From contig CM114271.1 in the NCBI GenBank assembly GCA_050084515.1, positions 4,774,001 through 4,838,000 on the forward strand: a stretch of DNA of 64,000 bases. Direction: 5' to 3'. Source of the stretch: Blasia pusilla. Taxonomy: Eukaryota. Positions 1 to 13,600 of this stretch are shown in pieces (within the stretch, counting starts at the first letter, position 1; every line of letters begins with the position of its first letter). Below the pieces are notes generated by a model. The model saw nothing but the letters and a program-made list of their open reading frames with translations. It did no database searches and had not been told where the DNA came from. The translations under genes and the position numbers were made by a program.

Positions 1-1039
1 TCCTCTGTTCATTGTAATTCTTTCTAGCTTTTAAACATTTCTGTAAGATTCAGCAATTTGAACCTGGTTCTTGCCAGCCATGAAATCGTACCAGCGAGGG
101 CAGGGCCTCGGGAATGGTCAGGCAACTCTGTTCTGCTGATATTGTGGAAATTGTTATGGAAGAGATGACATGAGACCTAGTTTTGTATATGATCAAGTAA
201 GCTGATTTTTTCAAGTGCTTCTCTGGATTAGCTATCGCTCCACAGTCATGGAGTTTCATGCTTTGAAATTCTTCTCCCCTTGTGAGTAGTTTGGTGTGCT
301 TCTAAAGATGGTGTCTCAAACAGGATATTGGTGCCGAAGTATGCAGAGTTGTGTTGAGAGATTGACTGATTTCTGTTCAGTTATTTCCAGGATCCTTTAT
401 GATTCAAGAAAGATTGGGGGAATAAAGGGACTCTGTTGTTCAACCGAGGGGGTCTCGTTTCTAGATTCTATTGCTTGCACCGGAGAGTACTATTGACAAC
501 TGGAATGAATAGACTGGTTCTATTCCTCGTTGTGGCACATCAATGTTGCCTACATTGGCACATTTTTCCTGAATTTGAATGTGTCTTTTGTGGTTGGAGA
601 GTCAGGCTGCCAATTTGGTGACAGGGAACATAATTGAAAGGGATTTGCGAATTGAGAAGGAAGGCACCGTCTTGTTTTTTTTTTTTCATTTTGATTGACC
701 TGTGGAGTGAATGGCCGAGGGAGATCTTACTATATCTGTTCCTTTGAAAGTCTGATTAATTAAATTAATATTACCAAATATTTAAAAAATGCCAAGTAAT
801 CTTCACTATGCAGGCATCATGTTAATATTTTTTATTGGTATTTTATTTCTAATAGATTTGTGTAAGTCAAAATTTCTTTTTAATTTTCTGTTGTTTGAAA
901 AATATTTTCTTATTATCCAATATATTGAGAGGGATATCTGTTCCTTTGAAACTCAGAAGAGGAGCAACAAGGTATCGTGGCAATCGGGACTTACTGCATG
1001 GTTTCTTCTTTCTCATCTCTTACTGTTGTTAGGCCATGG

Positions 1040-4000
1040 CAGGCACTACTTCATGAGCATAGTCTCTGTTATCCCTACTTTGTGTGATGGTGGGGATGAA
1101 ACATTCAGTCACTAAAGTCACTTGCTGTAAAATTTTGAAAACACAGACCAATATTTTAGGTTGAAATTGCATAGCTGAGAGCAGCGGAGCTGTTTTTCAT
1201 GTCCAGTAGGATTCTCTGTCATTATCTGCTGCACTACCAAGCAACATCTTCTGGGGATCCAAATCAAGTAAGGTAGATAGAGTCGTAAAGAGTTTCCCGG
1301 TTGATACCAACACTCTATGTTTCAGCTTTCACTTTATACTAGAGAACTTTCTCCCACTTTTTGGTCCTTCTGTACCCATCCCAGTCTCTAATGGCGTCCA
1401 ACCAGGGCATGGGCTTTCTGGTTGCGAGGGTATGAGAGGGTGCAGATAATGCCAGTAAAGCAGGCCAAATCTTGGATGAAAAGGTTCAAGAGATTGTGCA
1501 ATCAACCAAGCTCCTTGCAGGGCCTGAACTGTGGGAGCAAGATGAGAAACCATTTGTGGATACCATAATCAAAGCAGTGGGCAGACGCTCACAGAAGAAC
1601 AGCACAGAGGAAGCCATGAAAATGTCTGATCTCTCTCTTGACTGTATATCCATAACAAGCAGAACTGAAGAAGTATTTGAGGCGAACCCCTTGCTTGGGA
1701 ACCCCGTTTAAGTTCAAGTTTAGGACGGGGCACAAGAAAAGCAGGATGGGAATACAGCTAAACTCTTGCACCTTGTGTGATGATGGGGATGCAACCTCTA
1801 GTCACTACTTGGTCTCCTGCACAAAATTCACAATACACAGAGCAAGAGCATGTCCTGATATTGCTAAGCTGGTAACACTAGAACTGCTCAACACATTCAT
1901 CAGCCTAGCCTGCCCAATGCTGCTGCACTGGTAAGTAATGTGTGTTAGGGATCCCGGGACTAACACTCTGGATGGTAATTACTCGTGCTAGACGAGAGTG
2001 TCTTCCACCTCCAATATGGTACCGTCATCACTTCTTCCTCTCTCTACACCCATCCCAGTCTTAAGCACCATCCAACCAGGGTGCATGGTCTCTGATGGCA
2101 AGGTTGTGACAGGCACTGCTTAATGAAGACAGTCTCTCCCTCTTGCAAGCACCGTCCAACCAGGGTGTGGGTTCTAGGTGGCAAGGCTAGGACAGGCACT
2201 ACTGAATGAGTACAGTCCTCTCTCTTACCGTGAACAGTTGTGGGAGATCTCATCCCCAGAGCAGTGGTGTCACCTACCTAGGGCGTGGATGACCCACCTT
2301 CAAGAGAGAGAAAACGCCTTGTATGCCTTTAATATGACTATGATCCCGGGTCAAGAATTTGTAATAACCCAGGCCTTCACTGAGAAAAACAAATCTTCTC
2401 AGTGCGAACTCCAAACAGAAAGGTCTGAAATCTGGATGTGAAGGTGCCTGTCCGATGCAATGTTACTGTCACAGGTATGGAAGGTGTCCCATAGGCCTCT
2501 AGGCTTCCTGTGGACTAGAAGTCTAAGTTAATTAAATTAAATTCAAAACCCTCCTGGACAAAATTCACAGAGAGCAACACCATATATTGTGAAGCTGGTA
2601 ACACTAGAATTGTTCAACATATTCAGCAGCCTAGATTCACTGCCCAAAGCTGCTGCATTGGGAAATAATGTGTGTTGGGGATCCCAATCACTTAGAGGAG
2701 ATGGTGTTGTAAAGAGCTTCTCAGTTGACAGTTTGTACGGTGAGCACTCACACGAAATCTCCCTCCTCATATGGTACCTGCTTCAGTTCTTCCTCTGTCT
2801 ACCCCACCCCAGTCTCTAGCAGCATCCAACGAGGGTGCCGGGTCTATGGTCGTAAGGTTAGGAAACACACTGCTTAATAAGTCCTTGTGAGTGAGTGGCT
2901 CAGGGGACTAGATACCCTTCAAAAGCTCTTCATGTGTTAGAGCTTGAGCATTAGGCAAACAATCCCTTTATAGGCTGAATTCTTTGAGGTACAAATGTCA
3001 TACTGTCAAGAATCTGATCACATTCCTCCAACACCTTCAAGATATTAGTGATGATGACACCAACTGCCTTTCTGCAAGAGCTTTTGAAGCCTCACAAAAT
3101 AGTGCCGCAACCGGGGCAAAAAACTGGTACTGTGAATGCTGCAAATGGTTCAGAAAATTGGGCATTTCAATCCATGAACTGCCAACAAGCACCCACCTAG
3201 ACCTGTTGGAGCAACTACACAACAATCATATGTTTATCAATTGGAGTCGGAAACAGGGGCTCTGGGAGAACAAGAGCAATAAATCCAACGTAAATGGTGA
3301 AAAGATGAGAAGCTACCACACTTTCATGAATACCGGAAGATCCACGAAACATGCTGCTTACATCTCTGTTCCCATTCCTACTAAGTGTTGTCATGCAGTT
3401 GCTGGATTGAGTTCAACTAACCTTGAGCTTGAGAAATGTAACTTCTCACAGAAGAAAAGAGAAGACAGATTGCGTGGAGACTGCAACTCAGGGACTCTTG
3501 ATGATGAATAGCAGTACCTTATCAATTGCGATTTCCATAATAACATTAGACTTGCATTTCCTGATCTCTTAAAAGATCCTGCCCTCAAGGTCTCTGAGTT
3601 CATCGCCAGAAAGAACCAGGTTCAGATTGCCTTGTTCTTACATAGGTGTGTGAAAGCTTGAGGGCATCATCTGGCACAAAGAACCTCTTAGGTCCTTGCG
3701 GCTGCCACTTTTCCTTGTCCAATTGCTGTACATTTTCCAAAGGAAAGTCCCATTGTCCTCTGGGGTCCTGGTCCACAATAGTTCCCATTCATTCATGCAT
3801 TCTCTCTCTCTCCAAGCCCAAGCCCTAACCCAGAGCTGTTCAATACATTGGGCAGCCTAAATTCATTGCCTAAAGCTTCTGCACTGGTAAGCAATGTGTA
3901 TTGGGGATAGCAAGCACGTAAGATGGATGGTTTTGAAAAGAGCTTCTTGGTTGATGCTTGGAAGCTCTGAACCACCATTTTATATGTTCAGCACTTGCAC

Positions 4001-4760
4001 TATCTGTGCGTGTATCCCTCCTCGCATATCGTACCTTCCACACCTCTCGCTCCATGCATTAAGAAGACTACTGGGAAAGATGACAAGAAAATGAACGGAC
4101 TTTTGAGTTTCCTGCACTTTATCCATTACTGGGGAATGGCGTGGCAATGTGGGATGCCAACACCAAACAAAGAGACAGGCTTGAAGCTGTGCAGCTGAAA
4201 GCGTTTCAGGGTGAGATGTCAGTTTCCTCATGAAAGGCCAGAGTTGGTGTGAGATCAAAACTTGGAGTGGAACTCTTGGAGGATGGACGTGACATTGCTA
4301 AGTTGAAATGGCGGAGGCAGCTGGAGGCAATGGATTCACATCGCTATCCTTAAGTGGTGATGGGGAAAATTGGACCCAAACAAATCTTGGATGGAAAAGG
4401 TTCAAGAGATGTGCAAGCAACTTAGCTCCCTGCAGGGCCTGAACTGTGAGAGAAAGATGAGAAACCAATTGTAGATACCATAACCACACCAGTGGTCAAA
4501 CCCTCACAGCAGAACATAATGGGGGAAGCCATGAAAGTGTCTGACCCTCTCTTTCTTGACTGTCTACCCTGAACAAGCTGAACGGAAGAACTATTTGTGG
4601 GTTAGAGTGTATGCTGATATTGCTAAGCTGGTAACACCAGAACTGGTCAACACATTCAGCAGCCTAGATTCACTGCCCAAAGCTGTTGCACTGGTAAGTA
4701 ATGTTTATCGGGGGTCGCCCAAAACTGACAAATTGTTTGTGAGATTTTTACCATCTTAGA
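1040..4760 (+). repeat. Cluster of locally repeated, degenerate modules, probably derived from a LINE 3' end
   Basis: The module ...GCTAAGCTGGTAACAC(C/T)AGAACTG.TCAACACATTCAGCAGCCTAGATTCACTGCCCAAAGCTG... recurs at ~1855, ~2585, ~3830 and ~4615. A second module AAATCTTGGATG.AAAGGTTCAAGAGAT... recurs at ~1467 and ~4382. Translation at 1677-1934 gives CTLCDDGDATSSHYLVSC, resembling the C-terminal CCHC of LINE ORF2. Confidence 0.6.
2950..3620 (+). mobile_element. Decayed non-LTR retrotransposon (LINE) ORF2 C-terminal fragment
   Basis: ORF 2984-3511 and the continuation past its stop read YISVPIP...LELEK...REDRLRGDCNSGTLDDE*QYLINCDFHNNIR. This fits the degenerate R-x-C-x2-C...EDE-x-H-x4-C tail of LINE ORF2. 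Confidence 0.55.
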
Positions 4761-4936
4761 TTTGGCCCTACAGATGAGATACAAATGAGTTGATTTGATC
4801 CCAACTGCAACAGGAACATAATGGAGTGTTCATTTCTTTTGGTTCCCTTCTCATACTGTCGCTATGTTGATTTGCCTAACCTCATTGCATTTTTTTTTTT
4901 GAGTGAGCTTCCACGGCCTATGAGATTCGTTGTTAC

Positions 4937-5613
4937 ATGTCTTTGAATGTCCATGAGGAGACTTCTTTGTGGTTTCTTTTGGAAATGTCTTGCAGTGAGG
5001 AGCAGGGTAAAGGAAAAGCAGATGAAGGAGAAGAATCTGAAGATGCCCTTATAACTGGCCTTCCAGATGATCTAGCCCTACTATGTTTGGCCAAGATTTC
5101 ACATGGATATCATGGAATGTTACAAGCAGTCTGCAAGAGATGGAAATCTCTTATCCAAAGTTCGGAATATGCAAGAGCACAATTGCGAGAGGGAAAATGT
5201 GGGGATTGGCTTTTTGTGCTCACTGAAGAACCAAAAGAAGGGAACTGGACAGCCTATGATCCAGCTGCTGGGAAATGGCATGTTCTTCCACCAATGCCTG
5301 GCATCAACAAAGATCATCGTCATTATGGTTTTGCATGTGTAGGGGTGGCTAACAGATTACTTGTCATTGGTGGATATTACACTCCATTGGATCCTCCCAT
5401 GGAGCCCGTGAAGTATTTCGCTATGAATGACGTGATGAAGTTTGACCTTTTCACCAAGAATTGGAGCAGAGCTGCAAGCATGAGAGTTCCTCGGTGTAAC
5501 TTTGCCTGTGCTGTGATTGGAGGGAAGGTGTACGTGGCTGGGGGTTGCAGTTCATGCTCATCTCGAAGAAGCCCTCTGCCACATGCTGAAGTTTATGATC
5601 CATTTGAGGACCG
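4937..5613 (+). CDS. F-box/Kelch-repeat protein, coding exon A
   Basis: F-box LITGLPDDLALLCLAKI...VCKRWKSLI, followed by Kelch repeats (LLVIGG, W..AASM..PR..FACAVIGGKVYVAGG, AEVYDP). Donor CG|GTAGGC at 5613/5614. The start is uncertain: ATG 4937, ATG 4985, or an acceptor TTGCAG at 4995 from an upstream exon. Confidence 0.9.
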
Positions 5614-5792
5614 GTAGGCATGGATGACCCCTGTTTGACTTCATGCATTCACAGCCATGACTCTGATGTTTTGAAATTGGCTCTTCCATGTGCATAAGTG
5701 TTTATGGGAGAGAAATCCTTAGATAATTGTATACCTCTGTGTGCAAGAACATGGTTGAGCTTTGACATCTCCATGGACAATTTTGTTTGTAG

Positions 5793-6399
5793 ATGGGAAG
5801 ACATTGTTCCATTTCCAAATGCAAGGGAGGACTGTGTTGGGGTGGCTCTGGGAGGCCATTTCTACGTGATAGCAGGGTTAGTGGAAAACAATTCTGATCA
5901 GCGAACAGTGGAGGTGTATGACCCTACAAGAGCTACTTGGTACTCTCTTCCCGATGTATGGCAGTTCTCAAGGCAGATACCATGCCCTGTCACATCCCTG
6001 CAAGGGGCAATGTATGCACTGGATGACTGGGATGCAAACACCATCAAAGTCTATGATCCTCACCTTGGGGCATGGGTCAACATCGGCCCTGTCCCTGGTG
6101 TCGAAGTGCCAGGCAAAGACCGCAGACCTAAGGGCTTCAATTTTGGCTTAGTTGGATTACGCAATGAATTGTATGTATTGGGTGGGATGGTATTGAGGGG
6201 GCAGCCTGCAAATGGTCACTGGAAGAAATTTGACATCCTGAGGCTAAATACAGTGATTGCATGTAACCCGTCTAGACGAGGTGAAGATGTGATGTGGAGG
6301 AGAGTAGAATGTATGAGAGAGTCACGAGGTGCAGTTCTTGGATGTACAGTTTTAGAAGAGGAACCCACGGCCCAAGTTACCAGTGAACTTTGTGCCTGA
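5793..6399 (+). CDS. F-box/Kelch-repeat protein, coding exon B (terminal)
   Basis: Acceptor TTTGTAG|A at 5792/5793 restores the frame (CG+A = Arg, then WEDIVPFP). Further Kelch repeats (FYVIAG, VEVYDP, LYVLGG). Stop TGA ends at 6399. Intron 5614-5792 is GT-AG. Confidence 0.9.
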
Positions 6400-7239
6400 G
6401 TACCAACTTCAGAATTTTCCTGCTTCCTATCGCTTTTCTTTCTCTTATAAGAACTTCGCGGTGGAGGACCTCACAAACTGAATCAGACTTGCTTATTTCA
6501 CTTTCAAACAAATGATTCACCTTTTGCCAGTTCTATGGGCAGGTTTGACGGGTAGCCTCGAGCCACCCAGTAACATCAATAGTTTTCATTCACAGACTGA
6601 TGGATTCCTTCAGAGGATCCAGCTTCTTGTTGCATGTAGATCTTGCAGCAAGAGCTTCTTACAGGAGAGTGACATGCATCCCCATGTCCAGTAGAAGAAT
6701 TAGGAGGGAAGTAAACTATATGCTTTAGACTAGATCCAAGTCAAGGTAGATGAGGCTCATCATCATGTTACTTCTGTGGAACAGCTGTAGCTTGAGATCC
6801 TAAACAATTCAGAGTTTATCATTATCAAAGGGTACCTGTACTGATCTCACTGATTTTGATGACATGAAGACTTGTAATTATATTCCATTTGTGAAGGTTT
6901 TACAAGGTGCTCACTATAACTATGAGTCCACACTATAACTACAAGTACACACCAGGTCCATTTGTGTCTGTACCTACATAACTTCATGCACCCTGAATGA
7001 AGAATGAGGTGAGACTACTGTTCTGGTGTTTGGTTACAGTACAACCAATCTGTAGACTCAATGAACTCAAATTTCAGGCTTGTATTTATATCAGAGCTAG
7101 TCTGCTCTATTTCTTGCTGTCGGTGATTGATTTCAAGTTCTCCGGGTGAGGTCTGATTTTGAGTCATCTGGTGTAATGGCAACGGCGTTCCATGAGGTTA
7201 TATTGCTAGATTCTATTCAAGTCTGTTTTGTCTGATGCA

Positions 7240-8900
7240 GTCTTACATTGGTGATGTTTCTTTTAAGGGGCCTTGGCCTAGTATTTCAAAATTCGAGTGC
7301 TGGAGTGAAGATTTTACATGGTGACTGCTCCTTGAGAACCCATATCTGAAAGCTAGATCTAATTGTAATATAATCACCAAGTGGAGTCCCCATGTAGGAG
7401 AAGAGAAAGGATCTAATACATCTGCTAAGGAAACTGTCAGGATTATCATCTACAATTCGGTTCTGGTTACCTTTGCAGAAATCTGTCTTTAGGCTCTGGG
7501 GATTCAAACTATGTGCAACCTGCTGAATCACTAGTTCACAGACACGACCGAGTAAGGCGATTTATACACAGTGCTACCTTGTTTCCTTCTCCTAGGAACG
7601 AGTCCATCTTGTTTCTTAGCTCGCCCATTTTGATGCTACTTCGGACGAACCACTTAAGTTTATTGCTTCCAACCCGGAGCTTTGAATGGAAACTCCGTGC
7701 ATTCAGGTGCATACCTTTGCAAATTGTTTGCTGTCGCCTTGGCAATGATGAGAGCCAGCCCTAAAAGTTTAGGTTCTCAATGTGTTTGAATGGTATGTTG
7801 AGGTTGACGAGCTGAGAGCTAGCACCTAAATACACTGCTTCCAACTCGGAGCTCCGGGTGGAAAGTATGTGAGGTCCATGGTCAGGGGAGTTGTTCTTTC
7901 TTACGTGGGAAATTGTCAGAACCAGAAGTTCATGTTGTTCTAGGGCCAGGTCGAGGCTGAATCCCCCAGGGTTGTCACTTTTCCTGCTCCTATTGTCTTC
8001 TTGAACTCGGCGACTGGGTGTGCAATTTCTGATGAACCGTTTGAGTCCGTTGCGAGGTGATCCTGTTGTTAGTCCGTTCGTTGTTCTTCGCGTGCTCAAG
8101 CAAGTTGTTTGGATTCAACTGGGAAAGGGTCTGAAGAGCCAGACGTGATAGGATATTAACAATTCTGTTCGAGTAGAGTGTCCCCCACTCGTTGCATCGT
8201 ATGTTGTGGTCATTAATTCTTCGTTTCTGGTCAACAGTTCATCAGATACCGCCCTCTTCCCACTCCACTTGGCCATAGATCTTTTGTTGCGTCTTTGTTG
8301 AATCGAAAGCGAGTGATATCTCTTAATGCGCATCACTAGTAATCACACTCACTGCATCAAGCCCTGTATTGACCGTCGACATAAGTGAAGTTCGATCAGT
8401 TTTCCTTCGTGCAAGCTGTTGTCAAGAGATACTTCGAGATTTGGAGGTGAGTGCCGAGCAGCAGTTCCACGAGTAACACCCCTTTCCTTGCATCGGAAGC
8501 TTTTCATTGGATATATATCTGGTGGGGTGTTGACTTTCGTGTGCCTTTTCTCTAAGGCACATCGAATCTCCAGCGTCTGTTCATAAACACTCTTTCTCGC
8601 GCACGGGCTTCGTCTCAGAGAGACGCGTACGGAGTTCAAGGCGGAAATCGGATAGGTGGTGACCAGTTATAATTGGATGTGGTCTCAACAACTTACTGCC
8701 CAGGGGCAGAGAATAGCAGACGAATCGGAATTGGGGAAGCTTCCCCCTGACCAAAATCGTTGACGGTCTGAATTGGCAGCCTCTCGATAGGGGCGCTTTA
8801 CTGTAGGCGAATGTCGCCGACGAAATCTGAGTAAAGACCACGAGCTCTAGACTGCTCTCGGATCCTAGTCAAACCTATTGTTAACTCCCTACGCAATGAA
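7240..8900 (-). mobile_element. Possible highly decayed LINE 5' part (ORF1 and endonuclease start)
   Basis: Chain of broken minus-strand ORFs. MHLNARSF resembles the APE endonuclease N-terminal motif and ...TPLGDY its S-x-x-DY motif. Weak. Confidence 0.3.
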
Positions 8901-9104
8901 AGGTAAGGTTCCCGTCTACGAGTATACTTTGAGAAATGAAAAATTCTGGCAATTCCTTGTAGTGTCTGACCATTGCCTGACTCTAAGAAGACTCCGCCTA
9001 AGACAACAAACGTCCGACATATCCGATGCTTGATGGAGAAACCATTCCGAATAAAGCGTACCTGAATACAGGTAGATCCCCATCGCGTGCACCTCCCTGT
9101 CGTA

Positions 9105-10075
9105 ACTGTATGAGTTACGACAAACTCTACGTATCCAGGTTTTCAACGCCTTCAAAGTTCAAACGTTGGCCCCGAATCGTCTTCTGAAACACGCTATTCA
9201 TGTGACATGAGCAGCGGCGATGAACAGCTGCATACGTACGGTGTAAATACGTATTCAAATCTTCATCGCCAAGTACGTTTAGCTGTGAGTTACGCTGCTC
9301 CAAGTTACAATAAACCGCTCTACGTCTTCTGAAACATAGATTTTCTAAACGATGGCGTGTTTTACAACATTGTTGCAAGTTACAATAAAGCGCCCTTTGT
9401 ATTCCTGCGTTCACCCCTTCATTTTGGAACACTATTTGAGTTCCAGTAGTCCGCGAGACAAATTTGGATCTTGAGGACTCGCGTGCTTTGCTACTCTTTT
9501 AAAGCTACAACAAAGACTATATAAAACTGCTGATTCTTTTTTGTAACTCAATTATTACCTTTATCTTCCTAAGAGCTCACAGTAATCCTTTCTTGAATGT
9601 TTCTCGTATTTATCTTCGGACGCTGCTTGTTTTGCAAGACTGTTCTAAGGAACAATAAACGGCTCTACGAATTCAGGTTTTCAACGGCCGAATTCGGAAC
9701 ACTGTTCGAGTCACAATTAACCGATCTACGTATTCAGATCTTCGGGACCCGAATGTTTTGCAACTCTCTTACAGTTACAATGCCCGACTCTACGTATTCA
9801 TATTCTGAGTTCCTCTGGTTTGCAACACTGTTCAGGTTACAATAAACCGCTCTACGTATTCATATCTCAGACGCCCGCATTTTGGAACAATGTTCCGAGT
9901 GACGATACACTGCTCTACGTATTAAAAAATTCAACGCCAACATTTTGCAAACCAGTTCCAAGTTCCAATAAATCGGTGTACGTATTCCGTTCAGACCTCC
10001 GACGTCTTCAAAGTTAGGACGAAGAGGTCCGAGCGTTCAGATTTTCAACGCTTGCCTCTTCTGCAACCGTGTCCG
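9105..10075. repeat. Degenerate minisatellite, ~61-64 bp unit
   Basis: The core GTTACAATAAACCGCTCTACGTATTCA...TTTTG(G/C)AACACTGTTC recurs; CTCTACG(T/A)ATT-like anchors at ~9663, 9724, 9788, 9850, 9913 and 9976, with looser copies at 9110-9450. Confidence 0.8.
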
Positions 10076-10719
10076 AGGCTATTGAAGGAGAAAGAATCAG
10101 GTCACAATAATCAAACCTGTCCACGCATTCAGTTCTTCAACGCCGCAGCCAGCCATCCAGCATCTTTCATTCGCCACCCCGCACAGCAGGCAAGGAGCAA
10201 GTTGCCTACGGAAACCCCATCGCCGTGAAGACGTCCCGCGATAAGAGAAGGTGCCATGAATGCGATCCGTTGAGCCTGGTCAAAGCAATAAAAGACGCGG
10301 TAGCAGAATCGTGCTCTTTTCATCGCCCGTTTGACTTTCTCCCCGATCTGATGTCAGACGACTTCACACAGTCAGGATTTGTAGATAGGGAGTAGAGGTA
10401 GTACTCCAAATCAGCTTACCTGCTCCACCACATCCGCCGCCGTTCTCAAGACTCTCTCTCCCTCTCTCTCTCGCGCGCGTCCTAACATTCCATAGCCTCT
10501 GACAGTTTCTGCATCGGGTCACAAGCGCTTCGATCATACACTCCTTCTCCTTCGCCACCGCTCAAATCCTCGTGACAGCCTTATAAAAACGACACGTGAA
10601 TCAGTTTTCTCTCGTGAATCCCATTTACGTTAGGGTTTGGGTTTTTCTTTTTCATTGTTGTTATCTCTTGATCTGTCTTATTACGGCCTCTACAAGTGGT
10701 GGTTGTTATTATCTCTTAA

Positions 10720-11268
10720 TCTATATTGTTACCACCCCTACAAGAAGTCCATTTCAAGCGCACAACTTATCAATCTTCATGCTTACTTACCCTAGGATAT
10801 GAGTTTTAAGCGATCCAATTTTAGCATCCGTGCTAATTTTAATTATTCATTAATAAAATATAGGATAGCATTAATATCACACTTATTCTTAGTCGTATCC
10901 CGATCCGTGTTCTTCAACGCATTATTACTCCTGATTCGTGTTCTTCAACGCCGTATTACTCCCTTGTGTTTTCGAACTCCTCGTCGTAAAATTCAAAACC
11001 CAAACAAGGGGCCGTATATTGGTTTTTTCCACGGCCATCTGGACTATCAATATGTCCTATGCACGTATGTGCTAATTACTCTCTTCTCCACCCGTCGTAG
11101 AGGCCACACATTGGTTAAAAGAGTATGGGTTTGAGAACCATTCCTCCTACGTTGACTGGAGTACATTTTTTCCTCCTCTCTCCTCTGGTGCGGACATGTG
11201 TAGTATTCAGGCATAACAGGGTTTAACACATGCCCTTTCACTTGTGCATAACACGAGCACTATACTAG
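10720..11268 (+). mobile_element. Possible short non-autonomous Helitron
   Basis: A|TCTATATT-type start near 10720. 3' imperfect hairpin CTTGTGCATAACACGAG (11241-11257) followed by CTAG at 11265-11268. Confidence 0.4.
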
Positions 11269-11702
11269 CAATTAGTTATTAAATTCTTGTGAAGGACGTG
11301 TGGATAGGCTAGATGATGAGAAAAAAAGGGGAATAGGGGCTAGTAGAAAATACGTAACTAGTATTATAAGATGTTCCATGCCATGCATTAGTGTAAAAGG
11401 GAATGATATACATATAAACATATTTGGAAATAGGTATTTTGTTCGAGTCACAGATTTTTTTTCAACCCATTTCTACAGTAGTCACCTTCTTTGTTTGTAT
11501 GTTCATCACTTCCAATTGTAACTTCTATAATATGGATGAAAAGTTTCTTTCCTGTTCTAGATAATATTTCATAAAAGTGACCATGAGAGAATACAAGAGT
11601 AGGAAAATAAATTCGTACCTTTTGCAAATTTTGATCTTGAGACTGATTAATAATTATAACAAAAGTTGGACGAATAACAAATTGAAACTTAGGTAAGTCA
11701 AA

Positions 11703-13600
11703 CTAGTGTAAGTCGGTGTGATGCACGGCTTTAAATTAACTCCTATTATTAATCTTCAAAGCTCTCAAGTGTCATTTTAAATTAAGTTCGAGCGGATCCT
11801 ATCAGTTCAGAAAATGACTAACCTTATCACTTGAAGGTACCAAGTGTTAAAAGGAGAGGTGTTTGCAAGATGAAAGGGCACTCTCCCATAATAATATAGA
11901 TGGCAAACCAGAGTTAGATGCAATCAATGGGGTACGTGGAACAAAATTTTGATTTTCAATATTCTTCCCTGTGATGATTTCAACATCTATGCAATGTTGG
12001 ATGAACCCACGAATCACCAATCTAGCCACGTTTGTTTGTCCTTGTGATCCATTCATGTTTCGTAAAAGCTTGATTGATGCATCAATCTTCAAACACAAAA
12101 AATATGGAGGTAAGCCTAAAGATAAGCATGTATTCAAAAATTCAGTGGTATGTATGTGGCTCATCCCCTCATTTGGAATAGTATCGATATTGAGGTAAAT
12201 ATGCTTTTGTACGCGGCAAAGTATGAATTAGTGAGAAAAAAAAATAATATATGGTTATCCAAATTTCAAAAGAAGACTTTCCTAAAGATGATATGGAGAA
12301 AAAGTGTAACCTCTCCCGGATACTTCAACATAATGTTTGCATTCATATTGTCAACATCTCAATTTCAAAATAACTCTATCTTTTAAGGAGCCAATGTCAT
12401 GGAATTCGCTAGCAGATTTTCCATAGATAAGATCAATGAGATCAAATACCTTATTACCTTTAGTAACCATTTCAGATGGAACTCGTATAAAGTCTTCATC
12501 CTTCCAAGATTGCAAAGATACTTGACCCTCTTCCACCTTCAATAACTAATTAGCAAAAGCTTGGTGCTCATTGCGCATATGACCTTTCAACCTTTGAACT
12601 CACATGTTTGTTGTTAACTTCATCACTTCTCCATAAGACCAAAGAGACGACCTCTAGATAGTGACTCGGATTATTTGTGGACGGCCCCCATGTTAAACAA
12701 CATGTAACATGTGACGGAAGCCACCATCAAATATCATGAGTTTGTTGCTAAATGGAATTTTTCATAGATCAGCACAGACTCCCATTATATCTTGTACAGT
12801 GAGATTCATTGCGTCAAATGCATGGCGATGAGTCATAGATGCTTGATCCCATATGATAAGCATTGCAACCCAAATCAAACGTGCTCCCGGACTACTCATT
12901 GAGAAACTACAAAAGATAAATTGAAGTAAGTTAAAACTTGCAATTTCTGGTGATAATATGTAAACCGAGTGAGACAATTAGATCTTCAAGGTGTTATTTT
13001 GGATGCTATACATGATGAGCTTGATCAAATATGCGTGAATGGTCCACCATCTCCAGGAATATTTTTCATATACATTCCAAGTCGAATCGGAAAGACATTT
13101 TCATACAATCTTCTTCTTACAAGTGGGCAGAGTGTAAGAGATATAGCTTTGGCTGTGGCATCATCCGGAAGAGCTTCTCTATGTGTAGACGGAGGACGTA
13201 TTGCACATTCATGCTTCAAGATCCCAATAAATCTTCACAAGAATTCCACTTGCAAGTAAGCACCTTATATACTTATTGGCTCATCCCCTCAAGCTCATCC
13301 TATTCCACAATAGTTCCCTTACTTATAACTATCTAAGATAAAATTTTGATAACTTCTTTGTACCCTACGAATCCATCTCTTCTTACTCCAATGATAATAT
13401 GTTGGGAAACCAAAATACAGGTATTTTTGAGCGATGAATTCAGTCAATTAGTTGCAAACCATTGTGTTAGATTTGTCTCTTTATTTTTTTGCAAAATGTG
13501 TTTAAGAGCATCAACATCATTGAAGTAAACTATTTGTTGTTTAGGAAGATGAATTGCTAACTGTTGAATATTTGGATGTTCTACATGTAGACTAAACTTA
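11703..13600 (-). mobile_element. Helitron remnant (PIF1 helicase pseudogene plus 3' terminus)
   Basis: Minus-strand fragments EFLN...GLPP..L.LKI...LLRNMN..QG.TN..RL and DQASMTHRHAFDAMNLTVQDIMG. A Walker A-region piece lies on the plus strand (12969-13259). The minus-strand 3' end is GCCGTGCATCACACCGAC...CTAG at 11703-11729. Confidence 0.8.
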
